DNA of 64,000 nt from a bacterium. Lineage in GTDB: Bacteria > UBP15 > UBA6099. The position numbers and the translations under genes are program-made. This document shows positions 27,557 to 36,122 of the stretch, piece by piece. The stretch lies in contig JBAYJY010000002.1 in NCBI GenBank assembly GCA_041664945.1, forward strand, positions 8,721 through 72,720, written 5' to 3'. The notes beneath the pieces were generated by a model, which worked only from the letters and a program-made list of their open reading frames with translations, did not search any database and was not told the origin of the DNA. Position 1 is the first letter of the stretch; each line of letters starts with the position of its first letter.

Positions 27557-27808
27557 CTATGTTTCTTCCGTCTCTATTATCACTTCTTTACGCAGCAGTT
27601 CTTTTGCTGTGAATTCATCCTTATCGAGTGTAAAAATTGGTATATCCACCTGTGACTCGGCAAGCGGATAATTCATTGTAGAAGCGGCATTCTCCTTTAC
27701 GTAGCAGCGTATGCCGTTTGCTTCCAGCAAGCCTTTGATTATATTTGCCTCTTGAATCCCTATCGCCGAATACACTTTGACCCATTTCATGTCTTTTCCG
27801 TGGTCCAT
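27557..27808 (-). CDS. small DUF2007-like protein
   Basis: 83 aa. KVYSAIGIQEANIIKGLLEANGIRCYVKE...VDIPIFTLDKDEFTAKELL resembles the DUF2007 small domain. Its start abuts the stop of the upstream SRPBCC gene. Confidence 0.45.
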   Translation of the reverse strand: MDHGKDMKWVKVYSAIGIQEANIIKGLLEANGIRCYVKENAASTMNYPLAESQVDIPIFTLDKDEFTAKELLRKEVIIETEET

Positions 27809-28369
27809 TCAGCTCTTCACTTTTCTCCGCGCGGCTCGCGTCTCCTCGCGGCACATGGATTCCACAATGCTGAACACCTTCTCGAAGTTCGGTTTCGTCA
27901 TCCTCAGCAGTATTTGCTCGACGAGCGCCGAAACCGGCATCGCAAGCTGCGAGGGCAGGCCGGGTATTCCGTTCGCGTTGATCCTTATGACTCCTTCGAT
28001 CAGGACCGTCGTCCGGCCGGGCGTTTTCTCGTTAAAAAACCAGCGACCGCTGATGTCCACGTTGTCTTTGAAAAAAAGCGCCTCCGTCTCGTAGTCGCAC
28101 GTCCAGTGCGTGGTGTCCCACGTCTGTATGCTATGCCAGATCAACTGCCGCTTGCTCAGAATCGGCTTGAGCAGCGCCGGAATCGGCGCCTCGGCGGTCA
28201 CTTCTGAAACAACGCGCTGGCGGCAATCGCTCTCGAAGCAGTCATCAACGATCCTGCAGCCGGCCATTTGCGGCAGCTTGCAGTTGATCTCCACCTGCCG
28301 GTCCCTAAGAAGATCGAACACAAGCTTTCGGGGCGCGTTTATCTCACGCTCGAATTTTGTCTTCACCAT
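27809..28369 (-). CDS. SRPBCC (START/polyketide-cyclase-like) family protein
   Basis: 186 aa. The N-terminus MVKTKFEREINAPRKLVFDLLRD is typical of SRPBCC ligand-binding proteins. The assignment is by pattern only. Confidence 0.45.
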   Translation of the reverse strand: MVKTKFEREINAPRKLVFDLLRDRQVEINCKLPQMAGCRIVDDCFESDCRQRVVSEVTAEAPIPALLKPILSKRQLIWHSIQTWDTTHWTCDYETEALFFKDNVDISGRWFFNEKTPGRTTVLIEGVIRINANGIPGLPSQLAMPVSALVEQILLRMTKPNFEKVFSIVESMCREETRAARRKVKS

Positions 28370-28643
28370 GTTGTTAAATACCCATACACAATAACTATAG
28401 TATAATTTCCGTTTTTAAGGGAATAAATTGCCGGACTATGTTTTGAGCTTTGTCACAACCAGGTCATTGCCCTATCGGCTGATTACGGGCTAATTCGGGA
28501 AATCAGACGCTTTGAAAGTCCTTTTTTCGCCGCCCGTTGAAAACACGCTCAATGGTATGATATGTTTATGCTCAATGCGGAATCCCGGCGGAGCCGGAAG
28601 CGGGACTGCTGCGGAAAATCTATTCGAAACCGCGAGGTAATTC

Positions 28644-29975
28644 ATGGCTCAGGCAAAAGGACAACAGATTTCCCCGATGAAATTGCAGGCAATGCTGATT
28701 TATTGCCTCGCAAATGTCGGCATGATGGTGCTCGACACATTGCTCGATCAATACACAATGTTCTTTTACGCGCCAAAGAAATCAGGCGCTGAAGCCGTCG
28801 GGCATGCGGCGATACAGTTAGCGCCGATAGCGCTTGTAGGGCTTGCGCTTAACTTCGGTCGCGTTGTCGACGCGATCGCCAACCCGCTCGTCGGGTTCTG
28901 GAGCGACCGCACGAAAACAAAATGGGGACGTCGCATTCCTTACGTCCTCTTCGGCTCGATCCCGATGACGGCTTTCTTCATTCTGCTCTACTCACCGCCG
29001 ATTCATCACCTTTCCAACTGGAACGCTGTGTGGTTCGGCGTGATGTGCGGCGGATTCCTTTTTCTTTATACGCTCACAGTCGCCCCCTACCTCGCGCTTA
29101 TACCCGAAATCGCGCAAACCAGCGACGACCGGGTGAAACTATCTTCGTGGCACGCTCTTGCGAGCATGCTCGGGCTCATCATCGGCGCTGTCGTTTCGGG
29201 GGCGATGATAAAGCCGTTCGGCATTCGAGGAATGGCGATTTCAATGGCTCTTTTCTCTCTCGCCACAATTCTGATCACCGCGTTGTCGGTTAAGGAAAAG
29301 CCGATTCAGGAATCAAAAGTCGCCCGCCTTTCGTTCAAAGACGCGATTATCCCGACTCTGAAAAACAAACATTTCATCATTTACGCTTTCAGCATTTCTT
29401 CTTTCTGGCTCGGTTATAAAGTCATCCAAAGCTCAACCATCTATATCTGCACGGTGATTTTGAAAAAGCCTGAAGGATATGTGAGTATGATAATGGCCGG
29501 GATGCTGGCCGTGTTGTTGCTCACTCTTCCTTTCGTTTTCTGGCTGTACGGCAGAATCGGGAAGAAAAAGCTTTTCATGACAGGGTTGGTTCTCATCATG
29601 TTGTTCTCGCCGCTTCAGTTCTTCGTTCAGAAAGTCGGCGTGTTCATGAGCCCGGTGATTTTTTTCCACATCATAGTCGCGATAATGGGCGTTCCTATCG
29701 CGCTGATGATGGTTATCTATAATGCTGTCATATCCGACATAATCGACTACGATGAAAAGCAGACCGGAATGCGGCGCGAGGCAATGTATTACGGAATGGA
29801 AGGTTTTTTTACTAAGATTGCTCGCGGTGTCGGGGCGTCTCTCAGCGCCTTCCTGTTCGCTATTTTCGGACTCGAAGCGGGAAAGGTCGGAGGACTCCTT
29901 CTGGCCGGACCATTCTGCGCGTTTTTTGCATTAATGGGAGTTATTATTTTCAGTAAATATAAGCTGTCGGATTAG
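28644..29975 (+). CDS. MFS transporter, glycoside-pentoside-hexuronide (GPH):cation symporter family
   Basis: 443 aa with 12 TM. The GPH signature is DAIANPLVGFWSDRTKTKWGRRIPY. Confidence 0.8.
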   Translation: MAQAKGQQISPMKLQAMLIYCLANVGMMVLDTLLDQYTMFFYAPKKSGAEAVGHAAIQLAPIALVGLALNFGRVVDAIANPLVGFWSDRTKTKWGRRIPYVLFGSIPMTAFFILLYSPPIHHLSNWNAVWFGVMCGGFLFLYTLTVAPYLALIPEIAQTSDDRVKLSSWHALASMLGLIIGAVVSGAMIKPFGIRGMAISMALFSLATILITALSVKEKPIQESKVARLSFKDAIIPTLKNKHFIIYAFSISSFWLGYKVIQSSTIYICTVILKKPEGYVSMIMAGMLAVLLLTLPFVFWLYGRIGKKKLFMTGLVLIMLFSPLQFFVQKVGVFMSPVIFFHIIVAIMGVPIALMMVIYNAVISDIIDYDEKQTGMRREAMYYGMEGFFTKIARGVGASLSAFLFAIFGLEAGKVGGLLLAGPFCAFFALMGVIIFSKYKLSD

Positions 29976-30174
29976 AAGACAGTAGCGAGTTACCGGTAGC
30001 GGGAACTCAGGGAAAAGAAAAAAACGGATAGCGCGTCATTGCGAGGAACGTTGTGACGAAGCAATCCAGACCTAAATTATATTAGTAAATTACCAGGTTT
30101 CACATCATTGAAACATTTTCCAGTTCAACAGTGTTTTGACATTATATTATAGCAAGCTGTTTTTGAATGCCGTA

Positions 30175-30197
30175 GGGGCGGATTTCAAATCCGCCCT
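30175..30197. repeat. 23-nt GC-rich palindromic element, copy 1
   Basis: GGGGCGGATTT-c-AAATCCGCCCT forms 10 Watson-Crick pairs plus a terminal G/T. Confidence 0.7.
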
Positions 30198-30234
30198 GCG
30201 ATATATGACTGCGAATATGCGTTCGAACATGTCA

Positions 30235-30257
30235 GGGGCAGGTTTGAAACCAGCCCC
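30235..30257. repeat. 23-nt GC-rich palindromic element, copy 2
   Basis: GGGGCAGGTTT-g-AAACCAGCCCC pairs at 10 of 11 positions. It has the same architecture as copy 1 and lies 37 nt downstream. Confidence 0.7.
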
Positions 30258-30290
30258 TACAACAATCGCTTGATACGGAGGAAACGCGAT

Positions 30291-30968
30291 ATGAAATTCA
30301 GAAAAATTGGGATAATCCTTCTCATACTGGCGGCGGCAGCCGGCGCCGCTATAGCGCTTCAGGCGAAGAAAGCGCCGGACGCGGCGAAGCTGCCGAACGT
30401 CGAAATCAAGGATTACAAGGGCGAAAAACTCGGCTCGGTCAAAGATTTCAGAGAAAACTCGATCAAAGGCCCGCAGAAAGTCGACCGCGACAAGTACCGG
30501 CTTAAAATCACCGGCCTGGTCGAAAAACCGAAAACATATTCATATGCTGATATTTCCGATAAGCGAAAGCATTACAAAAAGATCGTTACTCTGCATTGCG
30601 TGGAAGGATGGAGCGTTAAAATACTATGGGAAGGCGTTCTCGCGCGGGAACTGATAGGCGACTCGGCGCCGAAGCCGGCCGCGAACACTGTTATCTTCCA
30701 CGCCGCCGACGGCTATACAACATCGCTACCCCTCGATTACATCATGGACCCGAAGCGCAACATACTCATCGCGGACAAAATGAACGGCATTGAGATGCCG
30801 CCCGCGCGCGGTTTCCCTTTCGAGCTTGTCGCCGAAAACAAATGGGGCTACAAGTGGATAAAATGGATTAATGAAATTGAATTGTCCGACAATCCGAATT
30901 TTAAGGGCTACTGGGAGAAAAACGGTTATTCGAACGACGGCGATCTGAAAAAGGGATTTTTTGATTAG
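30291..30968 (+). CDS. membrane-anchored molybdopterin-dependent oxidoreductase-like protein (sulfite oxidase/YedY-type Mo-binding domain)
   Basis: ATG 30291 is preceded by GGAGGAAA. The protein has an N-terminal anchor and the motifs VTLHCVEGWSVKILWEGV, ADGYTTSLPLDY and GFPFELVAENKWGYKWIKWINEIEL. Confidence 0.65.
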   Translation: MKFRKIGIILLILAAAAGAAIALQAKKAPDAAKLPNVEIKDYKGEKLGSVKDFRENSIKGPQKVDRDKYRLKITGLVEKPKTYSYADISDKRKHYKKIVTLHCVEGWSVKILWEGVLARELIGDSAPKPAANTVIFHAADGYTTSLPLDYIMDPKRNILIADKMNGIEMPPARGFPFELVAENKWGYKWIKWINEIELSDNPNFKGYWEKNGYSNDGDLKKGFFD

Positions 30969-31057
30969 AGAAATAATCCGTCATATTACAGCTTATTGGC
31001 CTAAAACCGACGGTTAACTTATTTAACTAATTGCCCCAAAATTATTAAAATAATTAA

Positions 31058-31086
31058 TTGAAACATTTTATTATTGGTTTTATAAT
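31058..31086 (+). promoter_or_regulatory. near-consensus sigma-70 promoter (TTGAAA-N17-TATAAT)
   Basis: TTGAAA lies at 31058-31063, followed by a 17-nt spacer and TATAAT at 31081-31086. It ends 8 nt before GTG 31095 and 17 nt before ATG 31104. Confidence 0.6.
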
Positions 31087-31094
31087 CAACTTCG

Positions 31095-32507
31095 GTGATA
31101 AACATGCTAACTACGGTTGAGACATCGAAGGAAAGAGTTTTACTCCGCAATCTACAAGTTCTTGACGTGAAAAAAGGCCAACTATCCGGTCAGACGAACG
31201 TGTTGGTCGAGGGACGTATAATCCTTGACCTCGACGCGCCGGCGGCCGACGCCGTTTGCGACACGATTGACTGCGAAGGCCTCACTCTCATGCCCGGCCT
31301 GATAGATTGCCACTGCCACATCCTGAGTCCCTATCTGTCATCTCAGGACAGTCCGCTGCCGCCCGCGTGGTCGCTGAAGCAGATGCGGCTTAATTTCGAG
31401 GGAACTCTCGCCGGCGGTGTTGTCTGCGTCCGGGACATGCTTTCACCTATTAAAATCATGAACAGCAACCGGCGTAAAATCGCGTCCGGGAAATTTATCG
31501 GACCGGACATCGCAGCTTCCGGGGCGCTGCTCAGCGTCAAGGGCGGCTATCCGGAGTTCATCAACCCGATGCCGTTTCCGCTGTCTCTCGCGAGCGAGCC
31601 GAAAATGCACGCCGACACGCCTGAACATGGCGCGCAGTTCGTGCGCTATCTCAAGAAAAAAGGCGCCGACCACATCAAGGTCGGTTACACAAGTTTCTAC
31701 CGCGATTTCGCGATCAAAAAGCGGATGCCGACTGTCTCCGACGACACGCTCCATGCGATTTGCAAGGCTGCGCATGAACTCGGCCTGATAGTCAGCGTTC
31801 ACCACAACTGGTCGCAGGATCTGGACCATCTTCTTCAGTTCGACATCGATTCGCTCGAACATGTTGTTTACGACAGGGAATTGACCGACGAACAGATAGC
31901 TTTGGCAAAGAAGAAGGGCGTCACCTTTGTTCCCACTCTGACGGTCTCGGACAGTATGGCGCGTTTCGAGGAGAAACTCGGATTTCTCGAAAGCGACCGC
32001 GCGAAAGAAATGTTTGTCGAACCCGCGCGCAAACACCTCCACTGGATCTCAAGCACGTGGCTCGACTTCAAAAACGAAAGATATGACGAGGCTTTCGGAT
32101 TCTGGCGCGCGAACCGGAAAAATTACGCGGGTGTCGAGCGAAGTGTGAAGCGCATGCACGAAGCTGGAATTCCGCTGTGCGCGGGAACCGATCTCGGCGC
32201 TGTAGTCGCATGGCCCGGCGAGATGGCCGACGAAGTAATACGGCTTCACCATGTGGGGCTGACGAAAATCGAAGCGATCCGGGCGGCGACATTGAACGCC
32301 GCGAAGTTGCTGCAACGCGAAAAAACGCTTGGCAGCGTCGAACCAGGGATGTACGCCGACGTTTCTCTCGTAGCCGGCAATCCGCTCGAAGACCTCTATT
32401 CGCTGCGGCGGGTGCGTCTCGTCGGCAAGGGAGGCCGGTGGCACAGGCCGAAACACCCCGAGCTTCCGGATTTCTGGCCCGGCTTCAGCATCACCTTCAA
32501 AAACTGA
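31095..32507 (+). CDS. amidohydrolase family metallo-hydrolase
   Basis: 470 aa. Motifs include PGLIDCHCHI (HxH metal motif), a later SVHH and a C-terminal GTDLG. The start is GTG 31095 or ATG 31104. Confidence 0.8.
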   Translation: MINMLTTVETSKERVLLRNLQVLDVKKGQLSGQTNVLVEGRIILDLDAPAADAVCDTIDCEGLTLMPGLIDCHCHILSPYLSSQDSPLPPAWSLKQMRLNFEGTLAGGVVCVRDMLSPIKIMNSNRRKIASGKFIGPDIAASGALLSVKGGYPEFINPMPFPLSLASEPKMHADTPEHGAQFVRYLKKKGADHIKVGYTSFYRDFAIKKRMPTVSDDTLHAICKAAHELGLIVSVHHNWSQDLDHLLQFDIDSLEHVVYDRELTDEQIALAKKKGVTFVPTLTVSDSMARFEEKLGFLESDRAKEMFVEPARKHLHWISSTWLDFKNERYDEAFGFWRANRKNYAGVERSVKRMHEAGIPLCAGTDLGAVVAWPGEMADEVIRLHHVGLTKIEAIRAATLNAAKLLQREKTLGSVEPGMYADVSLVAGNPLEDLYSLRRVRLVGKGGRWHRPKHPELPDFWPGFSITFKN

Positions 32508-32556
32508 TTCGTTTCAGGATCAGAACACAGAAAAAAATTCAGGTTTAACATTTCCT

Positions 32557-32585
32557 TTGTGACTTTGCGATTTTGTTGTTAGAAT
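32557..32585 (+). promoter_or_regulatory. candidate sigma-70 promoter (TTGTGA-N17-TAGAAT)
   Basis: The spacing is exactly 17 nt, and the site lies about 70 nt upstream of rdgB. Confidence 0.4.
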
Positions 32586-32657
32586 TTTGTAACTATTGGG
32601 TTTGAAGCAAAGCAGTTTCGCGGCAGTCGCAAATGAGCGGAAAATGAGAGGGAATCA

Positions 32658-33251
32658 ATGGAAATAATTCTTGCGTCATTTAATGCGCACAAGGCGCGCG
32701 AGGTTGGAGAGATAATGGCGCCGGTCGCTGTGAAGTCGCTTAAAGAGTTCGGAGTCGCGATAGATTTCGACGCGGTTGAGGACGGCGAAACATACGAGGA
32801 AAACGCGTTCAAGAAGGCGCGCGCTGCCGCGGCGCATGTCGCCGGCATCATCGCCGCCGACGATTCGGGACTTGAAGTTGATGCGCTGGACGGAAGGCCG
32901 GGCCTTCTTTCAGCCCGTTACGGCGGCGCAGAAATTTCGGACTTTGAACGCTGCCGGCTGCTGCTCGAAGAGATGAAGGACGTTCCGGACGGACGGCGCG
33001 GCGCGCGATTTGTGTGCAAGGTCGCCGTTTTATTTTCCGACGGTCGCGAAACGCTGTACGAGGGCGAATGCCGTGGAATTATCACGCGCGAACTGCGCGG
33101 TTCCGGCGGTTTCGGCTACGATCCTGTTCTGTTTCTGCCGGACAGGGGCTTAACCGTCGCGGATTTGTCCGCTGAAGAGAAAAACGAGATCAGTCATCGC
33201 GCCATAGCTTTTCGCGCGTTGAGAAGCGATTTGATGAATAAATGGAATTGA
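32658..33251 (+). CDS. rdgB: RdgB/HAM1 non-canonical purine NTP pyrophosphatase
   Basis: 197 aa. Motifs are ILASFNAHKAREV, ADDSGLEVDALDGRPGLLSARYGG, GFGYDPVLF and EKNEISHRAIA. Confidence 0.85.
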   Translation: MEIILASFNAHKAREVGEIMAPVAVKSLKEFGVAIDFDAVEDGETYEENAFKKARAAAAHVAGIIAADDSGLEVDALDGRPGLLSARYGGAEISDFERCRLLLEEMKDVPDGRRGARFVCKVAVLFSDGRETLYEGECRGIITRELRGSGGFGYDPVLFLPDRGLTVADLSAEEKNEISHRAIAFRALRSDLMNKWN

Positions 33252-33363
33252 TGCGACATTAACAGCTCCTGTTGCGCTATTGTGCCCTGTCACCAAAAAA
33301 TGATAGAATATTGTGGATGGTGCTTTTCGTTTGTCTGTGAGAGAGCGGAAGGCAGGAGGATAA

Positions 33364-35547
33364 ATGCCGGTTGTCTTTAGAGATAAACTGGACGACCTAC
33401 TCCGAAAAGCCGGCGAGTATATGGATTTCGACGGCCTCGAACTTGTGCGCAAGGCGTACGAGTTCACGGTGGAGAGCAACCGGCGGTTTGAGTTTCTTCG
33501 CATGTCGGGCGAACCTGCGATATCGCATCCTCTTGCGGTCGCCTCGCAACTCACCGAGTGGCTCATGGACCCGGAAACAGTTGCCGCCGGAATTCTTCAC
33601 GACATCATAGAGGACCCCAACATTCACGCGCTCCAACTGCGGGCTACTTTCGGAGACACCGTCACGCGCATGGTGGACGGCGTCTCGAAACTGAAAAAAT
33701 TCGAGCTCCCCGGCACGACCACAGCCGACACGGCCTACCATTATAAAATCTTTCTCGCTGTCGCGCAGGACACGCGCGTCGCGCTGATAAAAATCGCCGA
33801 CCGGCTTCACAACCTGCGCACGCTCGACAGCATGCCCGGATACAAGCGCCTGAAAACCTGTTATGAAACAGAACAGATTTTCATTCCGCTCTCGCGGTTT
33901 CTGGGCATGGAAGCCGTCGCCGAGGAAATGGAAGACATCTCGTTCCAGTTCGCCGAGCCGGAAGAGTTCGCGCGGCTGCTCGATTATCTCGAAGAGGTAA
34001 TTCCGGAAGAGAACGAAATATTCGAGCAGGCGATCGGACAGCTTGAGCCGGCTCTTCTCGAACTGGGACTCGATCACCAATCGCACATATTCCGTTACAA
34101 CCTGACGCACACGCGGCGCATTCTCGACTCGCAGGACAGGCCGATGCCCAAAACAGGGTTGGTCGAAGTCACCGTGCCGGAGGAATTGGATTGCTACCGG
34201 GCGCTTCAGGCGGTCCATAAAACGTTCCAATGCCTGTCGATCGGTTTTCAGGACACAATAAATTTTCCGTCGATAGATTTAAAGCGGATGCTTGAGACGA
34301 GTCTGTTAGGCCCGTTCGGGCGTCCGTTTACAGTGCGCATCTTCTCGCGAGAAATGAAAGCGGTGAACCGGTGGGGCATAGTTCCTTTTCTTTCGGAACC
34401 CCATGAGCTTAAGCGCACGGACCTGCTCGCGGACCGCGTCGAACTGATCCAGCGGATAGTCAGCGATTTCAGGGCGCAGGCCGGCGACCGCGACGAAAAA
34501 ACGCTTGTCGATATAATGACCCGCATGGTGCTAAAGCAGAAGATATTCGTGTTTACGCAGGACCGCAGGCGGCTCGAACTTCCGGAATCGTCGACCGTTC
34601 TCGATTTCGCATATCTGATGGGGCCGGAAATCGGCGACCGTTTCAGCAAGGCGATGGTATATCATCAGACGGTGGACATGAGTTATCAGCCGCAGTTGTT
34701 CGACCATTTGAACGTAATCACGGACCGCGACGCAGCGCCGCGCGTCGAGTGGCTGGAACACGCGCACACGCCTGAAGCGCAGATGCATATCAAGAAATAT
34801 CTCGCCGCCGCGCCGCTTGAAAAAGCAGCCGAAGAAGGACGCCGGGCGCTGCTGCAGAGGACACGGGAAGAGGGCATCTCCGCCACAGGAAAACTTGAGG
34901 ATATTGAGCTGCTGCTTCCTCCGGTAATCATGTTCCTCGGTTTCAACACGGAGGAAGAATTTTTTCAGCAGATCGGGCGCGCCGAATTCGATCTGAACGT
35001 CGCTGCGGATTTCCTTAAAGAACAATACAAGCGTAAAGTGCTGATTGACAAAAAAGAACTTGATCCGGTGATCATCGGCCAGCAGATATATCAAACAGCG
35101 CTTCCGATAGGCATCGTTGAGTCTGAGCGCATTCCGAAGGCGCCGCTTTTCTCGTGCGAGATATGTTCGCCCGCGCCGGGCGACGAGATTGTGGTGAGCG
35201 CGTCCGCCAAAAAGGCGACGATTCATCGAAAGGACTGCGCCAACATAGGGCGCGGATTCCTGCGCGGCCCGAAGCAATCGCCCGCAACGTGGAAGGACAC
35301 CGGCGGCCGACGTTTCCCCGTTCGCATCAAACTTAAACTTTTCCCGACGAAGGACATTCATCAGAAAATCCTTAAATTGATAGCTAAATCGGGAGCGCCG
35401 ATCGCCGCCTATCAGTCCGGAGCCGCCGACGAAGGCGGACTTGAACTGATGGAGTTCATTATTGAAGTTCAGAATGTCTCGCTGGCTCAAAATGTCTGCG
35501 ACGAGCTGCTTTCCATTAAGGATGTCGTAATTGCAAAACGAGTCTGA
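33364..35547 (+). CDS. long RelA/SpoT homolog: intact HD hydrolase, degenerate synthetase-like domain, TGS and ACT-like C-terminus
   Basis: 727 aa. HD motifs are HPLAVASQL, AAGILHDIIEDP and KIADRLHNLRTL. The synthetase-region positions read GFQDTINFPSIDLKRMLETS and FTVRIFS, instead of RFKDYIAxPKxNxYQSLHT and EVQIRT. A TGS-like segment reads IFVFTQDRRRLELPESSTVLDFAY. Confidence 0.85.
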   Translation: MPVVFRDKLDDLLRKAGEYMDFDGLELVRKAYEFTVESNRRFEFLRMSGEPAISHPLAVASQLTEWLMDPETVAAGILHDIIEDPNIHALQLRATFGDTVTRMVDGVSKLKKFELPGTTTADTAYHYKIFLAVAQDTRVALIKIADRLHNLRTLDSMPGYKRLKTCYETEQIFIPLSRFLGMEAVAEEMEDISFQFAEPEEFARLLDYLEEVIPEENEIFEQAIGQLEPALLELGLDHQSHIFRYNLTHTRRILDSQDRPMPKTGLVEVTVPEELDCYRALQAVHKTFQCLSIGFQDTINFPSIDLKRMLETSLLGPFGRPFTVRIFSREMKAVNRWGIVPFLSEPHELKRTDLLADRVELIQRIVSDFRAQAGDRDEKTLVDIMTRMVLKQKIFVFTQDRRRLELPESSTVLDFAYLMGPEIGDRFSKAMVYHQTVDMSYQPQLFDHLNVITDRDAAPRVEWLEHAHTPEAQMHIKKYLAAAPLEKAAEEGRRALLQRTREEGISATGKLEDIELLLPPVIMFLGFNTEEEFFQQIGRAEFDLNVAADFLKEQYKRKVLIDKKELDPVIIGQQIYQTALPIGIVESERIPKAPLFSCEICSPAPGDEIVVSASAKKATIHRKDCANIGRGFLRGPKQSPATWKDTGGRRFPVRIKLKLFPTKDIHQKILKLIAKSGAPIAAYQSGAADEGGLELMEFIIEVQNVSLAQNVCDELLSIKDVVIAKRV

Positions 35548-36112
35548 AAAACCGATCCGCGCGTTTATCGCAGTCGAGGCGCCGCCGGAAGTGAAAGAGC
35601 GGCTGTCGGAGATACAATGCGACTTCAAGCCCCGGATTCAGGGCGCGAGCTGGACGCGTCCGGAAGGGTTTCATTTTACCCTTCGTTTTCTCGGCAATAT
35701 AATGCCGGTTCAGGCGGAAGCGGTGAAAGAGGCCCTCGCGCCGGAGTTTAAACAACGACAGTTCGAGGCTGAATTCGATCACACGGGAATATTTCCGAAA
35801 CTTGAAAAAGCGCGTGTTTTGTGGGTCGGACTTGGCAAAGGAAATTTTGAGATGAAGAGCCTTTTCGACGAACTGGAAGAACGTCTGGCTCGCGCCGGCT
35901 TTCCGGAAGAACCGCGGCCGTTCTCCGGCCATCTGACGCTCGCCAGGTTCAGAAATCCGCGACCGATTCTTCCTGCGCTGCTTTCGACTCAGTTTGATTG
36001 CCCGCCGTTCACTGTCGAAAAAATAATTTTATTTCAGAGCGTTCTTAATCCGGCAGGAGCGATCTATACGCCTCTCGCGGTTACAAAATTGCGCAAAGGC
36101 GATCCATGTTGA
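35531..36112 (+). CDS. thpR: RNA 2',3'-cyclic phosphodiesterase (2H family, ThpR/LigT)
   Basis: 193 aa with two HxT/Sx motifs (HFTLRFLG and HLTLARF). The TTG start per the track overlaps the RSH gene end by 17 nt. Confidence 0.75.
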   Translation: MQNESEKPIRAFIAVEAPPEVKERLSEIQCDFKPRIQGASWTRPEGFHFTLRFLGNIMPVQAEAVKEALAPEFKQRQFEAEFDHTGIFPKLEKARVLWVGLGKGNFEMKSLFDELEERLARAGFPEEPRPFSGHLTLARFRNPRPILPALLSTQFDCPPFTVEKIILFQSVLNPAGAIYTPLAVTKLRKGDPC

Positions 36113-36122
36113 TCCTCCGGCG

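Noticed and set aside
34531-35628. A 365-aa antisense ORF inside the Rel/SpoT gene. Similar long antisense ORFs occur at 33397-34230, 44410-45222, 46038-46730, 48860-49591, 52051-52743, 58778-59512, 11193-11909 and 556-1170.
   Set aside because: Each lies opposite a gene with clear family motifs. Their translations are Arg/Ser/Pro/Phe-rich junk with no motifs. Long open antisense frames are expected when the sense strand avoids TTA/CTA/TCA codons in GC-biased genes.
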